64,000 nucleotides of DNA from Scyliorhinus canicula. Lineage: Eukaryota. Positions 1 through 11,760 of the stretch are shown piece after piece; positions within the stretch are counted from its first letter, which is position 1, and each line of letters starts with the position of its first letter. The position numbers and the translations under genes were made by a program. The notes beneath the pieces were generated by a model. The model saw only the letters and a list, made by a program, of their open reading frames with translations. It did not search any database and was not told the origin of the DNA. Location of the stretch: contig NC_052154.1 of NCBI RefSeq assembly GCF_902713615.1, positions 6,449,784 through 6,513,783 of the forward strand, written 5' to 3'.

Positions 1-249
1 GTGTGTTGAAAGACAACCATCTGAAAGAAAGACTCTTTACCTTATACTGATTGTTTTCTACCCCTCTCTCCCCCTCTGTGTTTGTCTGTCTTGTGTGTGT
101 GTTTCAAACCTGGTGACTGTAATTATTGGGCAGCCAAGGTCCAAAGACCTTGGGTATTTTTCTAAAAATGATTGGTTAATTCAATTGTGTTGTGACTCTG
201 GGTTAAGGGGGCTGGAATTGACCGCGGCCTACCCCAGGGTGTTGTAACA
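1..249 (+). mobile_element. Right end of an LTR (probably Gypsy-type), truncated by the window start
   Basis: TG-rich U5-like sequence ending ...gggtgttgtaaCA at 249, followed by an abrupt switch to unrelated sequence. Confidence 0.5.
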
Positions 250-1260
250 ATGGCTAAAGAGATAGAGTGGAAGTCAAAGTATGTAGCATATCTGGCAGCC
301 ACTGTGCATTCTGCTGGACCTGGGTCTCCAAGGTGGCCACCACCTTTCCCATGGAGGCAGCCAAGTACTTACATGCTGGATCTATGGCAACAGGCAGAAC
401 ATGGATGGACTCCTTCAGCCTTTGGTCCAGTCTGCACATGGCCTCTGACGTTGTGCCTGATGTTCCCCTGCCTCTCTTTGCATCTTAAACACGTCTCTCA
501 GGACCCAGACCAGAGGCTCATCCATCTGCACAGGGCTGATCATGTCCCTGCTCTTCAATCCTCTGAGTGCCAGAGACCTTGGCTGTCACTTCCTCCGCCA
601 GCTGTATACCTGTGTCGATGATGTTCTCACCAGATTGTGGTCCCCAAGCCTATTCTAGAACATGGATCCACTGAGGGTACTGTGTCTGCGTAGGCAGAGG
701 GTGAACGCCGTGACAATGCCTCCTCTGAGGATTCCGAGGCATCCTCCTCAGAAATGGGGTTGTTGCCGGTTCTGTCGCTAGCCTCCCTTGTGGACCTCCC
801 CCATTTTTGCTGGCACCTGGAATGGGAAAAATAAAGATTTAGTGGATGCTCAAACAGGTTCCCTTATTAAAGCAATATCTGGGCGGCACGGTGGCGCAGT
901 GGTTAGCACTGCGGCCTCACGGCGCAGAGGACCAGTGTTCGAGTTTGTCCATGTGGAGTTTGCACATTCTCCCCATGACTGCATGGGTCTCACCCTCAAA
1001 AGATGTGCAGGGTAGGTGGATTGGCCACGCTAAATTGCCCCTTAATTGGAGGGTAGCTGATCGTTCATCCCCTTCCTGCACTGCTCTCTGGTGGGCCACA
1101 TGGGCACGGACTTCTGCTGTGGCCTCCACCCTGGCCGCTGTCATCAGAGGGGTAGACCTCCTGCTGCCACCCCTGGGAAACAGTGCCTCCTGCCTCGCCT
1201 GGTCTGCCTGGAGGGGAGTCTGCAGGGAGGTCTCGCTGAACCACGGCGCCACAGGTTGTC
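250..1260 (-). mobile_element. Degenerate PIF/Harbinger accessory ORF (Myb/SANT-like DNA-binding protein), interrupted by a SINE
   Basis: Minus-strand 1060-1250 reads APWFSETSLQTPLQADQARQEALFPRGGSRRSTPLMTAARVEATAEV, matching the APRFS..LE.LL..V..R...LFP...RR.....AW.EVA pattern of Harbinger Myb/SANT proteins. A coiled-coil-like remnant follows at 254-439. Confidence 0.6.
881..1049 (+). mobile_element. tRNA-derived V-SINE/HE1-like SINE, short form, internally deleted
   Basis: A box TGGCGCAGTGG, body CACATTCTCCCC...AAGATGTGCAGGGTAGGTGGATTGGCCACGCTAAATTGCCCC. Confidence 0.85.
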
Positions 1261-2189
1261 TGGCCTGTGATGCGGAGAATCCTGGTCTCCAGTGAGGCAA
1301 TATGTGGGGCAGGATACTCCGGTCCCCCAGCTGCATGTTGCTCAGCGGCGCACCATTCGCTGGCGGGGGAATTCTATACTCCTGCCGCTTGTCAATGGGA
1401 TGTACCATTGCAGCCGCCCCACGCTGCCGGGATACCTGGGTGAGGGTGCACTGCCGACGGGAAGAGTAAATCCCAATGGCTGGAAAATCCCGGCCACAGT
1501 GTGGGGGCCTTCAAACCCATGAGGTTTCTCAGACGCATTTGTAATGAGCTGAACAGTACAGGATTGTGTGCGGGCAACCGTCCTGCCCCCCCCCCCCCCC
1601 CCCCGTTCTCCACCCCCTCTCCGCCCCTGCAGAGATCATTCCCACTTCCACACCTGCCACCCAACTTAGATTCCAGGACGGAGGATTCTGGCCGTCGCCA
1701 TTGAAGCCCAAGATAAGCCATGATGGTATAGAATCGACAGCATCGATGGGCAGAGTGGTCTACTGCCACTTTGAAAAGGTTCTTGTGTGAGAGACAGCAA
1801 TGGGAAGGTGAGACCGTGACACCGTGCAGGCAGGGCTGGTAGACTGCAAATTAAATTGGTTGCTCTGCTAATGCAGCTAATTAACTCGGAAAGCTTGTTT
1901 ACACCATTTAACAATCTAAAAGAGTGAAGTGAACTCATTAGTTCTTTGTGGTTTACAACACCTAGTCTAGTCAATGCTTAATTAAATCATTGCTGCTTCC
2001 TGGCTGGTTTCTTGTGGGAGAGGCGACAGTGTCACCAGACTCTCACAGGCTTGCATTCAGCAGCGTGGCTACAGGAATGTGCTGCGGAACACTGCTGGAA
2101 ACAGTCTCACAGAGTTGGAGACTTCACTCCTTTCCTCTCTGAAGATTCAAAGTGTGAAAGGTGCCAGCGGTGGATCAGCGCGTGCGCTG

Positions 2190-2490
2190 CCATCTCTGAA
2201 TCCGAGGTTGAGTTGGGTTAAAGTCCCACACTGGAGAGTTAAGCACAATCCAGGCTGACGTTCCTCGTGCAGTATCGAAGGTGTGCTGCACTGTTAGAGG
2301 TGTCATCTTTCGAATTAGTGTTCTAAAACAAAGGGTCTTGACCGTGTAGATATAAAATATACCTTGGCACCACTTCAAACAAGGAGCAGGGTTGGTGTCC
2401 TGACCAATATTTATCCCACCACCACAATGGCTGAAAGAAAAAAAGACTTGCATTTATATAGCGCCTTTCATGCCCACGGGAGACCCCCAC
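2190..2490 (+). mobile_element. Old DeuSINE-like (SacSINE1/AmnSINE-type) SINE with an adjacent inverted 3' tail
   Basis: GCTGCACTGTTAGAGGTGTCATCTTTCG...GGTGTCCTGACCAATATTTATCCC resembles the Deu domain; reverse tail GACTTGCATTTATATAGCGCCTTTCA near 2445. Confidence 0.65.
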
Positions 2491-2906
2491 ATTCTTTGGA
2501 GCCAATGGGCGCGGTTCTCCCAAAAAATGGCTAAGAGAGGGATTGTCCGGTCTGCCAGCCGTACTTTCTGGCACGGCGCAACGACTGGCAACGGTATTCC
2601 CAGTACCTGCAATCGGCCAATGGGGTTTTCCATTGTGACCACCACACGCCATAGGGAAAGCCACGGGCGTGGGGCACTGCCGGAGGACTGGAGGATCGCG
2701 CCGACAGCAAATTCCGCTGTGTAATTTTGGGCGGTTTCGAGGGGGGGATGATTCAAGTTGGGTGTTTGGGCGCAATCATGATCGCAATCCTCCCGCTCTT
2801 CATCATTTTTATGGAGCATGGGGAGATTCTCGCTGAATCCCACACTTTGACCTTTTTCTGCAGTGGGGACTGAAAGTCACCAACAAGACCGTTACCACTC
2901 CCGGTA

Positions 2907-3230
2907 GGGGCAGCAAGTCAGCACTGCTGCCTCACAGCGCCAGGGGCCCGGGTTCAGTTCTGGTCACGGGTCACTGTGTGGAGTCGGCACATTCTCCCCG
3001 TGTCTGCGTGGGTTTCCTCCGGGTGCTCCAGTTTCCTCCCACAGTCCAAAGATGTGCGGGTTAGGTGGACTGGCCATGCTAAATTGCCCTTGGTGTCCAA
3101 ACAGGTTAGGTGGAGTTGCTGGGTTACTGGGATAGGGTGGAGGTGTGGGCTTGGGTAGGATGCTCTTTCCAGGAGCCGGTGCAGACTCGATGGGCCGAGT
3201 GGCCTCCTTCTGCACTGTAAATTCTATGAT
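2907..3230 (+). mobile_element. HE1-like SINE, long form with CR1/HER1-type 3' tail
   Basis: tRNA-like head, V-SINE body, tail GATGGGCCGAGTGGCCTCCTTCTGCACTGTAAATTCTATGATTC. Confidence 0.9.
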
Positions 3231-3256
3231 TCCTCAGGGATCAGGGCACCCTTTTT

Positions 3257-3603
3257 AGAACATAGAATTCACAGTCCAGTAGGAGGCCATTTGGCCCATC
3301 GAGTATGCACCGGCCCTTGGAAAGGGCACCGCACTTAAGCCCCACACCTCCACCCTCTCCCCGTAACCCAGTAACGCCACCTAACCTTTTTGTTTTGGAT
3401 ACTAAGGGCAATTTAGCATGGCCAATCCACCTAACCTGCACACGTTTGGACTTTGGGAGGAAACCGGAGCACCCGGAGGAACCCAAGGAGACACGGGACA
3501 AACGTGCAGACTTCACACAGACAGCGACCCAAGTCGGGAATCGAACCTGGGATCCTAGCGCTGTGAATCAACCTTGCTAACCACTGTGCTACCGTGCTGC
3601 CCA
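3257..3603 (-). mobile_element. HE1-like SINE, long form
   Basis: Reverse complement of the family at 2907, with A/B boxes and CR1-type tail. Confidence 0.9.
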
Positions 3604-5462
3604 AGGGCCAGTGTGCCAGGTTGGCACTGCCCGGTTGCCAGGGTCAGTGCCAGGGCACTGCTCTGCCCTGTGCCCGACCAATGGCCTCCGAGTCCTCCCC
3701 CCCACCCTCCCCCGGCATTGCCATCACATCTGGTTTCCTTTTTTTGAGACCAGTAATGATTGGAGCCGGCCTAAAGCTGGGCCGGTTGAGCCCGTGAATG
3801 CCAGGAGCCGGGAGACTCCAACCTTGAACAGCGGCACCTATTTAAATGGGTTTAACGGCTCGTTTAAACGTATTGATCCGGATCACGCCCAATGAAGGAA
3901 GGAACCAGATCCTGTCAGGCGCAGCAGGTCGGGAGCATTACAATCGGCTCGCTGTTTGGCACAAAACCTGTTTCTGGGTTCTCCCTCTGTTCAGTGTGGC
4001 CAATCCACCTAACCCGCACATCTTTGGACTGTGGGAGGAAACCAGAGCACCCGGAGGCAACCCACGCAGACACGGGGAGAACGTGCAGACTCCGCACAGA
4101 CAGTGACCCCAAGGCAGGAATCGAACCTGGTACTCTGGAGCTGTGATTGGCGGGATCGGTGGCGGGTGCAATGCAGCTGGAAAACCACGCCCAATTAGTT
4201 ATATTTGAAGTGTATTCATGAACCTAGCTAGCAGCGGAATATTTCGCACTTACACAATGCCAAGAGCACTCAAAAAGGTTCAGAAGAAGCACAAGTTCGA
4301 TAAACAAATAGATATTTGGAACTCAAAATGGGTCGGGCACCTTTCCCATTTGTTGCTGTAATTTGATTGTTCTTTCCCTTGAAAATAGGAGCAGAAGTAG
4401 GCCATTCAGCCCTTCGAGCCTGTTCTACACTTCAACGTGATCATTGCTGATTCTCTATCTCAATACCATACTCTAGTGCTTTCCCCATACCCCTTGACCG
4501 CTTCAGAGTCTAGAAATCTATCTATTCCCTTCATAAATATATTCAGTGACTCGGCTTCTGCAGCCTCCTGTGGTGTAGAATTCCACAGGTTCAACATTCT
4601 CTGAGTGAAGAGATTTCTCCTCCTCTCACCCTAAATAATCCGCCACATATCCTGAGGCTGTGACCCCTTGTTCTAGTACCCACCCCCCCCCCCCCGCCCC
4701 CCCCACAGCCAGAGGAAACAACATTGCTGCATCCCAGCCAGAATTTTATACGTTTCAATATGGGTTCCTCTCATTCTTCTAAATTCCAGTGAATACTGCG
4801 ATGAATATCACACTGACCACAAAGTCAGGTAACATAAAAAGCTTTTGTGAGAATCAAAACTCATGGCCAGGAGTTGATTCTGGTTCACAGTGTGCGTGAC
4901 GCAAGTAAAGTCAAATCAATATAATGCAAGTGTCTTTCAGAATCCCTAATACCCACTGGGATAGAAACATAACAAATAGAATTAGGAATAAGGCTTAAAT
5001 AGTTCAAACTACCCCACACAACAAATGTAACAAAGAGGATACATTTTACTCCAAGATCTTAAATTGATTTTTTATAAAATTATCCTAACATCATTAGTCC
5101 ACGTTCAGGCAAGAGGCCCAGGGAGATAATATGTAATATGTTCCTCCAACCCATTAGTCTGGCCATATTTCAAGATTTATTTATACCAGCACTGTAATTA
5201 AACACAGAGCTAACATGTCCTGTAAGCGACATCCTCAAAAAATGGTGGAGTGTCTATACCTGTGAATAGTTTCTTTTAAAATGGCTGCGAAAAGATTAGT
5301 TCCTTTAAGGTTAAAAAGGGGCTAAGCTGTCATTATCCTTCAGAGAAAGATACATGAATTTACAGATATGTACAGCTATCTCCAAGGTAAGCTGGTGAAG
5401 CAATAGGTATAAGAAGAGACAGATTCAACAGAGCAAGCACTCACTCTTCGCCCCTGCAAGTT

Positions 5463-5645
5463 GGGGCTGGTTTAGCACAGGGCTAACTTGCTGGCTTTGA
5501 AAGCAGACCAAGGCAGGCCAGCAGAACAATTCAATTCCCGTACCAACCTCCCCGAACAGGTGCCGGAATGTGGCGACTAGGGGCTTTTCACAGTAACTTC
5601 ATCTGTAGCCTACTTGTGACAATAAGCGATTTTCATTTCATTTCA
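5463..5645 (+). mobile_element. Short tRNA-like SINE with GGGGCTGGTTTAGC head and (TTTCA)n tail
   Basis: Near-identical copies at 39749-39925 (-), 58817-58996 (+), 60505-60692 (-); partial at 40185-40315. Confidence 0.85.
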
Positions 5646-5772
5646 AGAGATTACAGTCAAATTGTTCTGTTTCCACATGTACCATCAAACAAGTCTCTTG
5701 AAACTTTTGTGAGTATGTCTCTCTTACTCTTAAAAGTTTTATAGTGGAGATACTTCTGGATATCCATGTTTT

Positions 5773-6004
5773 TTTTTTTTTTAAATAAATTTCGAGTACC
5801 CAATTCATTTTTTCCATTTAAGGGGCAATTTAGCGTTGCCAATCCACCTACCCTGCACATCTTTTTGGGTTGTGGGGGCGAAACCCACGCAAACACGGGG
5901 AGAATGTGCAAACTCCACATGGACAGTGATTCGGAGCCGGATCGAACCTGGGACCTCGGCGCCGTGAGGCAGCAGGGCTAACCCACTGTGCCACCGTGCT
6001 GCCC
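5773..6004 (-). mobile_element. V-SINE short form with A-rich tail and about 15-bp TSD
   Basis: TSD GGATATCCATGTTTT at 5758-5772 and 6005-6019. Confidence 0.9.
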
Positions 6005-6135
6005 GGATATCCATGTTTTAAGGACAAACTGTTTGCAGACTTTGTAATTCTGTTTTATATTTTAAGAAGTTTATAATAAAACCCCACTAAGAAATTAATT
6101 GCGTCTGTGTTAACTTGAGTAAGCTTAAAATTCCT

Positions 6136-7420
6136 GCGGCGGCCGCAGTGGTTAGCATTACTACCTCATGACGCTGAGGACCCGGGTTCGATCCCGGCCC
6201 TGGGTCACTGTTCGTGTCGAGCTTACACATTCTCCCCGTGCCCGATGACTCTTTGTCAAAGCTAAGAGATGAGAAAGTGGGAAATATTTATACTGTGGAG
6301 TGAGAATGAAAGATGAGTCATAGCCACAGAAACTCATGGAAACCGGGGTCGGGATTCTCCCATTCGGCAGCAGAGTGTCCACGCCGTCACAAACACACTT
6401 GTGTTTCACGACGGCGTGAACGGGCCACTGGGAGTACCGATTCTGGCCCCTACAGCACGGCGCTGGAGCAGTTTACGCCGCTCCAGCCTCCCATCCCGGC
6501 AAGAACTGTGCGCCGCGGGATCCGCGCATGCGCAGGGTGGCCGGCGGCAACGAGGACATGCGCAGTGGTGCGGTGCCAACACGCGCATGCGCGGTGGCCT
6601 TCCTCAAAACGCCAGCCCCGACGCAACATGGCGCGGGAGTTCAGAGGCCGGCAGGTAAGAAAATAGGCCCGGGGAACGAGAGACTGACCTGCTGATCAGT
6701 GAGCCCCGATCACGGGCCAGGCCCCATCGGAGGCCCCTCCGGGATCGGAGACCTCCCCCCCCCCCCCCCCCCCCACAGGCCGCCACCCCCGACCCTGCGC
6801 GCAGCGTTCTCGTTGGTTGCGATCAGGTGTGGACGGCACCAGCAGGACTTAGCCTTTTTAGAGAGGCCGCTCGGCCCATCTGGGCCGGAGAATCGGCAGC
6901 CCGGTCGTGTAGAGCGGCCCAAGACCGGCGCTGCGCCAAATGCGCCGGCGCCAACAGGGCCGATTCTCCACCCCATGGAGAATCGCCTACTGGCGTCGTG
7001 GCGATGTGGCCCAGTTGCGGGGATTCTCCGGCCTGGCCCCGGGCTGGGAGAATCCCGCCCCGGGTGCTAATGGCCACAGAAACCAAGGGGAAAGAGTGCT
7101 AATGGCAGTCCCCAGTGAGAACAAAAGATGTGAAAGGTCAAACAGCAGAGAAACTAACATCAGAGGATGAACTGTAGATGTGGGGGAGGGGAAGAGGGAA
7201 GCAAAGAGGAGAAAGGTGCAGGAAAGGTGGATAAGATTCTGGGGGGGGGGAATTAAATATATATTAAGAAAGAAATGGTAAAAGACAGTTAAAATGAAAT
7301 GGGATGAAAACAAACAGGTTGAGGTGGGGTAGTGCAGGGTAGATAGATTGGCCATGCTAAATTGCCCCTTAATTGGAAAAAAAAATTCGGTACATAAAAT
7401 TTATTTAAAAAAAAAGAAAG
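6136..7420 (+). mobile_element. V-SINE short form (6136-6240 and 7333-7420) split by a Penelope-like 3' fragment that itself contains a MITE
   Basis: TSD AAG(C/T)TTAAAATTCCT at 6121-6135 and 7422-7436; SINE head and tail flank the insert. Confidence 0.75.
6347..7060. mobile_element. Non-autonomous PIF/Harbinger-like MITE
   Basis: TIRs GGTCGGGATTCTCC / GGAGAATCCCGCCC, 3-bp TSD CGG, GC- and CpG-rich interior. Confidence 0.75.
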
Positions 7421-8266
7421 AAAGTTTAAAATTCCTAAATGCTAGATAGGATTCCTAAACGTCAAGGATCCATGCTGAAAATGTAACGATTTAGTACTGA
7501 GCGACTTACTCAGAGAATCTCCCACTAGAATGTAACGGAAAGCTGTTTAATTGTTTGAGAGTTGGAGGAGTAATCTCCCTCTCGTCAGAGCTGTTCTGGG
7601 TCTGTATCGGAAAATAACTTCCCCTCTTTCAGTGGCTTAGTTAGGATCAGACGAGTAACATTAATTCTCTGGGTCAGAAATCCTAAATCAGTCACAATCG
7701 ACACAATCGCTCCTCATGCAACAACCCAGCTGTCCCAGGAAGCAGTCTGGCGAACCTTTGCTGTACTCCCTCTATGGCAACTATATCCTTTCTTAGATAA
7801 GGAAACCAAAACTGCCGCACGATACTCCAAGTGTGGACTCACCAAGACCCTGTACAGCTGCAGTAAGGCACCCTTGCTCCTGTACTGATGCCCTCTTGCA
7901 ATGAAGGTCAATGTACCATTTGGTTTCCCAACTGCCTGCTGTACCTACATGTTTGCTTTCAATGACAGGGACACCCAGGTATCTTTGTACATCAACATTT
8001 CCTGTTTTCTCCCTCCCTCCTTTTTTAAATAATGGGGTTATATTCACCACTCTCCAGTCTGCCAGGAATGTTGCAGAAGCTACAGGATTTTGGAAGATGA
8101 CAACCAACCCATACACTATTTCCATGGCCACCTCCTTCCACACCCTGGGATGTGGATCAGAGGCGAGATCAAGAGTAAGAGCAACATAGAGATCGCAAAG
8201 AAAGAGAGTGAAGGCAGAGAGTGAGAGGAAGACTGCAAAGAGACAGAAGGAAAGAATGAACAAAGG

Positions 8267-8610
8267 GGGCGGCACGGTGGCACAGTGGTTAGCACTGCTG
8301 CCTCACAGCTCCAGCGATCAATTCTGGCCTCGGGTCACTGTCTGTGCGGAGTCTGCACCTTCTCCCCGTGTCTGTGTGGGTTTCCTCCGGGTGCTCCAGT
8401 TTCCTCCGACAGTCCAAAGATGTGCAGGTTAGGTAAATTGGCCATGCTAAATTGCCCCTTAGTGTCCAAACTTTTACGTGGGGTTACTGCGTTACGGGGA
8501 TAGGGTGGAGGCACGGGCCTAAGTAGGGTGCTCTTTCCAAGGGCCAGTGCAGACTCGATGGGCCGAATGGCTTCCTTCTGGATATATATATTCTATGATT
8601 CTTTGATTCT
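8267..8610 (+). mobile_element. HE1-like SINE, long form
   Basis: Head GGGCGGCACGGTGGCACAGTGG, V body, CR1-type tail. Confidence 0.9.
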
Positions 8611-9837
8611 GAGAATGAGACAGAGAGACTGGGAGGAGGGAGACAAAAGACAGAGAGCAAGAATGAAAGCCAGTTTTCGAAGAGTGTACAATGGGGGAAA
8701 AACACAATCGTTAAATGGTAGAAAATAAAAGGTTTGAAATTTAAGAGGAAAACAGAGGCAGTGGAATGAAGGTAGCTGCTGCAAGCCCCCGCTGAAAGTC
8801 ACCTCATCATCATTTCCTGTGTTTGCGGGATACTGTTAGTCACATGTGCTTGCGCCCTCTTCTTGGTATGCTTGTGCCTACTGCAGTGATGGATGCCCAC
8901 TAGTGACTGCACACTGCATCTCACACCAGCTCCTGCTATCGCTGCTCACACACAAATCCTAATTTTAATTCTCAGGCATCTGCTGCAGTTCCAAAACAGC
9001 AAAGGGAAACATTCTGGGCGCTGTAACATTTGGGTAAGTGTGAAGAAAAATCAGAACATGGAAAGAATAAAGCAGCCTGGCACCTTTTACAAAACCACCC
9101 CGCGGCTCGATTATCAGCTAATTGAGACCAATGATGAATTTTCTTACTTCTACATATTTAAATGCGTGGAGGACGGGAAGAGTTACAGATTACAATTACG
9201 CTCAGAGTTTTTGTGAAAAAGTTTTTATTGAAGTTTTTGCATTTTACACACTACATTCGGTAAGGGTAAAATGCGTTGGTTAGAACGGACAAGTCAGTTT
9301 CCTCTGCGCCAATCCCCCCCTTCCCTGCCCCCCCCCCCCCCCCCCTTGGTTCTCCCCACTTTGGTTCCTCTCCCCCGCCCTCTTCATTCATTGTTTCAGG
9401 GTCCTTTCCTGGGTCCCTTGCTCAGAGATGAGGAGATGGAACTGTGATGGAGGTGGTTTTGACAGGGGATTGGAGGATAAAAGGCATGATGGTCCCAGAC
9501 AAGTCTGACTTCAGAGAGAGAGAGTTCCTTACATTCGTGTATTTTTTGTTGTTGGCCAAAGATAACTTAAGAACGTCGACTGAATTAACAGGATTTTGTG
9601 GCAGGAAAAAAATATAGGTTGAGTGGCAGAAATGCCAGTTATCAAGAGTTCAGTCTGAGGGACAAAGTCAATTCCATGAGAAAAGATCTCTCCCCAGGTC
9701 AACCATCTCCTTGACCACCCCCTTGACCATCTGCCATGGTTGCAGTCTGTGCTGAGTCATCCCAGCAGCTACTGTGCAACGAGCAGCGAGGAAATTACAT
9801 CAAAACGGAAGGTCCAACACATAGCTGGATTCGAATA

Positions 9838-10306
9838 GATAAGATGAAGGGTTGCCAGACTGGGGTAGCAGAACTGCCATTATGAGGAGAGATTGAGTGG
9901 TTTAGGATTGTATTCACTGGAGTTTGGAAGAATGAGGGGGATCTCGTAAAAACATATGCAATTCTAACAGGGTAGATGCAGATGAGATATTCCCGAAGGC
10001 GGCAGAGTTCAGAACCTGGGGTCACTGTCTGAGGATATGGGGTAGACCATTTAACTGAGATGAGGAGAAATTTCTTCACCCAGAGACTGGTGAGCCTGTG
10101 GAATTCACTACCACAGAAAGCCAAAATGTATATATTTTCAAGAAGGAGTTAGATACAGCTTTTGGGGGGCGAGGGATCAAAGGATATGAGGGGAAGGTGG
10201 GCACAGGTTACTGAATTGGATAATCAGCCTTGATCATAATGAATGGTGGAGGAGGCACGAAGAGGCCAAATGGCTTCTTCCTGCTCAGATTTTCTATGTT
10301 TCGATG
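9838..10306 (+). mobile_element. CR1 LINE 3' end
   Basis: GAGATGAGGAGAAATTTCTTCACCCAGAGA (MRRNFFTQR) followed by a CR1 3' UTR. Confidence 0.85.
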
Positions 10307-11175
10307 ATGACTCTTTTGTGTGTCGTGAGCCTGACTTAAGGTTCAGCCCTTCACGAAATATATTGCTATGCAATGTGTCTGATGCACAAAGACGCAACAT
10401 ACATTTTAGGTAATTATTTTGTTACTTTTGCGAACTTAGGAACAGTAGATATGGGATATTATTCATACCTATTGTACATGCTACTGAATACATCGCCTGA
10501 TTTAATTTACATAATTTGCTCAGTTGCAAGGATTTGGGATGCACTTGTCTACCTGATTCAGGTGCCAGGCTGACCTCGGTCAAAGGTCCAGAAGGAGTCT
10601 ATTTGAATAGTGTTGTCCTGGGAGTAGTTTCAGTTTCCAGGTCTGTGACCCTTTGACCCTGCGCACACCACAAGAATATCAATGCAGAACCAACAGCCAA
10701 GGCACGTTCTCTATTTCAGCTGATAGAGAGTACAGGCTGGAACAGCTCTCAGTTAGTGTCAAGCGGCTATTGTGTTACAGTAAATTTATTTTCCTCCTCA
10801 GGTCCCGACTCACATAATCGTGGCCTAAGACTGGAGCTCTGTTTGGCCATATTGCTGGATTTTTCACCATGCGATATCCCACCCCCCAATTAAACAGTTT
10901 TTTCTCCCCCATCTCCAATATTTCTACAACCATTAAACACAAGTGTTAAACAGTAAGTTTCTGTGACGCTACACTGTCAACTTCTTTCCTGGGAGAACAT
11001 TTTACTGCTCAACACAGATGGACAACTCTCCTCGCTAACAAATTGGTCCAGTGGTCCACCATACATACATAACCCTACAGGGTGGATGCTGGGAAACTGG
11101 GAATTACTGTTGCCAATCTCAATCTGGACTTGGCCAAGAAAGACCGTTGAGGTAGCGAAAGGCTTTGCAGTCAAG

Positions 11176-11760
11176 GGGGATGGGACAATTGGGCGCGGCC
11201 GTTTTGGCGCGGCCGTTTGGACGCAGCCGTTTGGGCGCCATGGGACAATTGGGCGCAGCCAATTTGGCGCGGCCGTTTGGGCGCAGACGACAGAAATTCT
11301 TGTATTCAGAAAACTATTGTATTTGTTGTTGAAATATTCAATTTACTATTTTGAAGCAAGGCAGAAAAGGCACAAGATGGAGGAGTAATCATTGTGGCTA
11401 CGATTCACAGAACATTTATTCCCACTCATTTTCTTTATGCTATCTTTACCACAAATTTAGAAATACATTTGATTTTCATACATTAGAATACATGCTAACT
11501 TGTAACTATTAAATAGCAAGGTATCAAAGATAGCGTTTACAATTCTTGATGATCCAGTCAAAACCAGCAAGCCCTTAAATACATATCATGTATGAGTAAG
11601 AACACTGGTTTTTAAACAAAATGTAACAAAGTTTGCGCGACTACTAAATTTGATGAACACACCTCCCCCATCCCTCATGTTGACGCCAAAACGGTTGGCG
11701 CCAAAACGGCCGCGCCAAAACGGCCGCGCCCAAATGGCTGCTCCAAAACGTACCTAACCC
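11176..11760. mobile_element. Non-autonomous Mutator/Foldback-like DNA transposon
   Basis: Perfect 9-bp TSD GCAGTCAAG (11167-11175, 11761-11769); inverted subterminal arrays of about 14-bp GGCGCGGCCGTTTT; AT-rich core. Confidence 0.75.

Larger units (their letters stand above)
4797..7696 (+). mobile_element. Solo LTR (about 1.2 kb net) carrying three SINE insertions
   Basis: TG...CA ends inside a CR1; TATAAG at 5408; AATAAA at 6075. No clear TSD. Confidence 0.55.
4385..8160 (-). mobile_element. CR1/HER1 LINE 3' fragment (4385-4796 and 7697-8160) split by a nested LTR
   Basis: CR1 tail at 4385; ORF2 peptides LLQLYRVLVSPHLEY and ADWRVVNITPLFKKGGREKTGN; CR1 sequence resumes after the insert. 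Confidence 0.85.

Noticed and set aside
6347-7060. CpG-island promoter (also 21270-21792 and 29317-29946)
   Set aside because: CpG richness is bounded by MITE TIRs.
8893-9216. 107-aa ATG ORF in unique sequence
   Set aside because: No recognisable homology; length compatible with chance.
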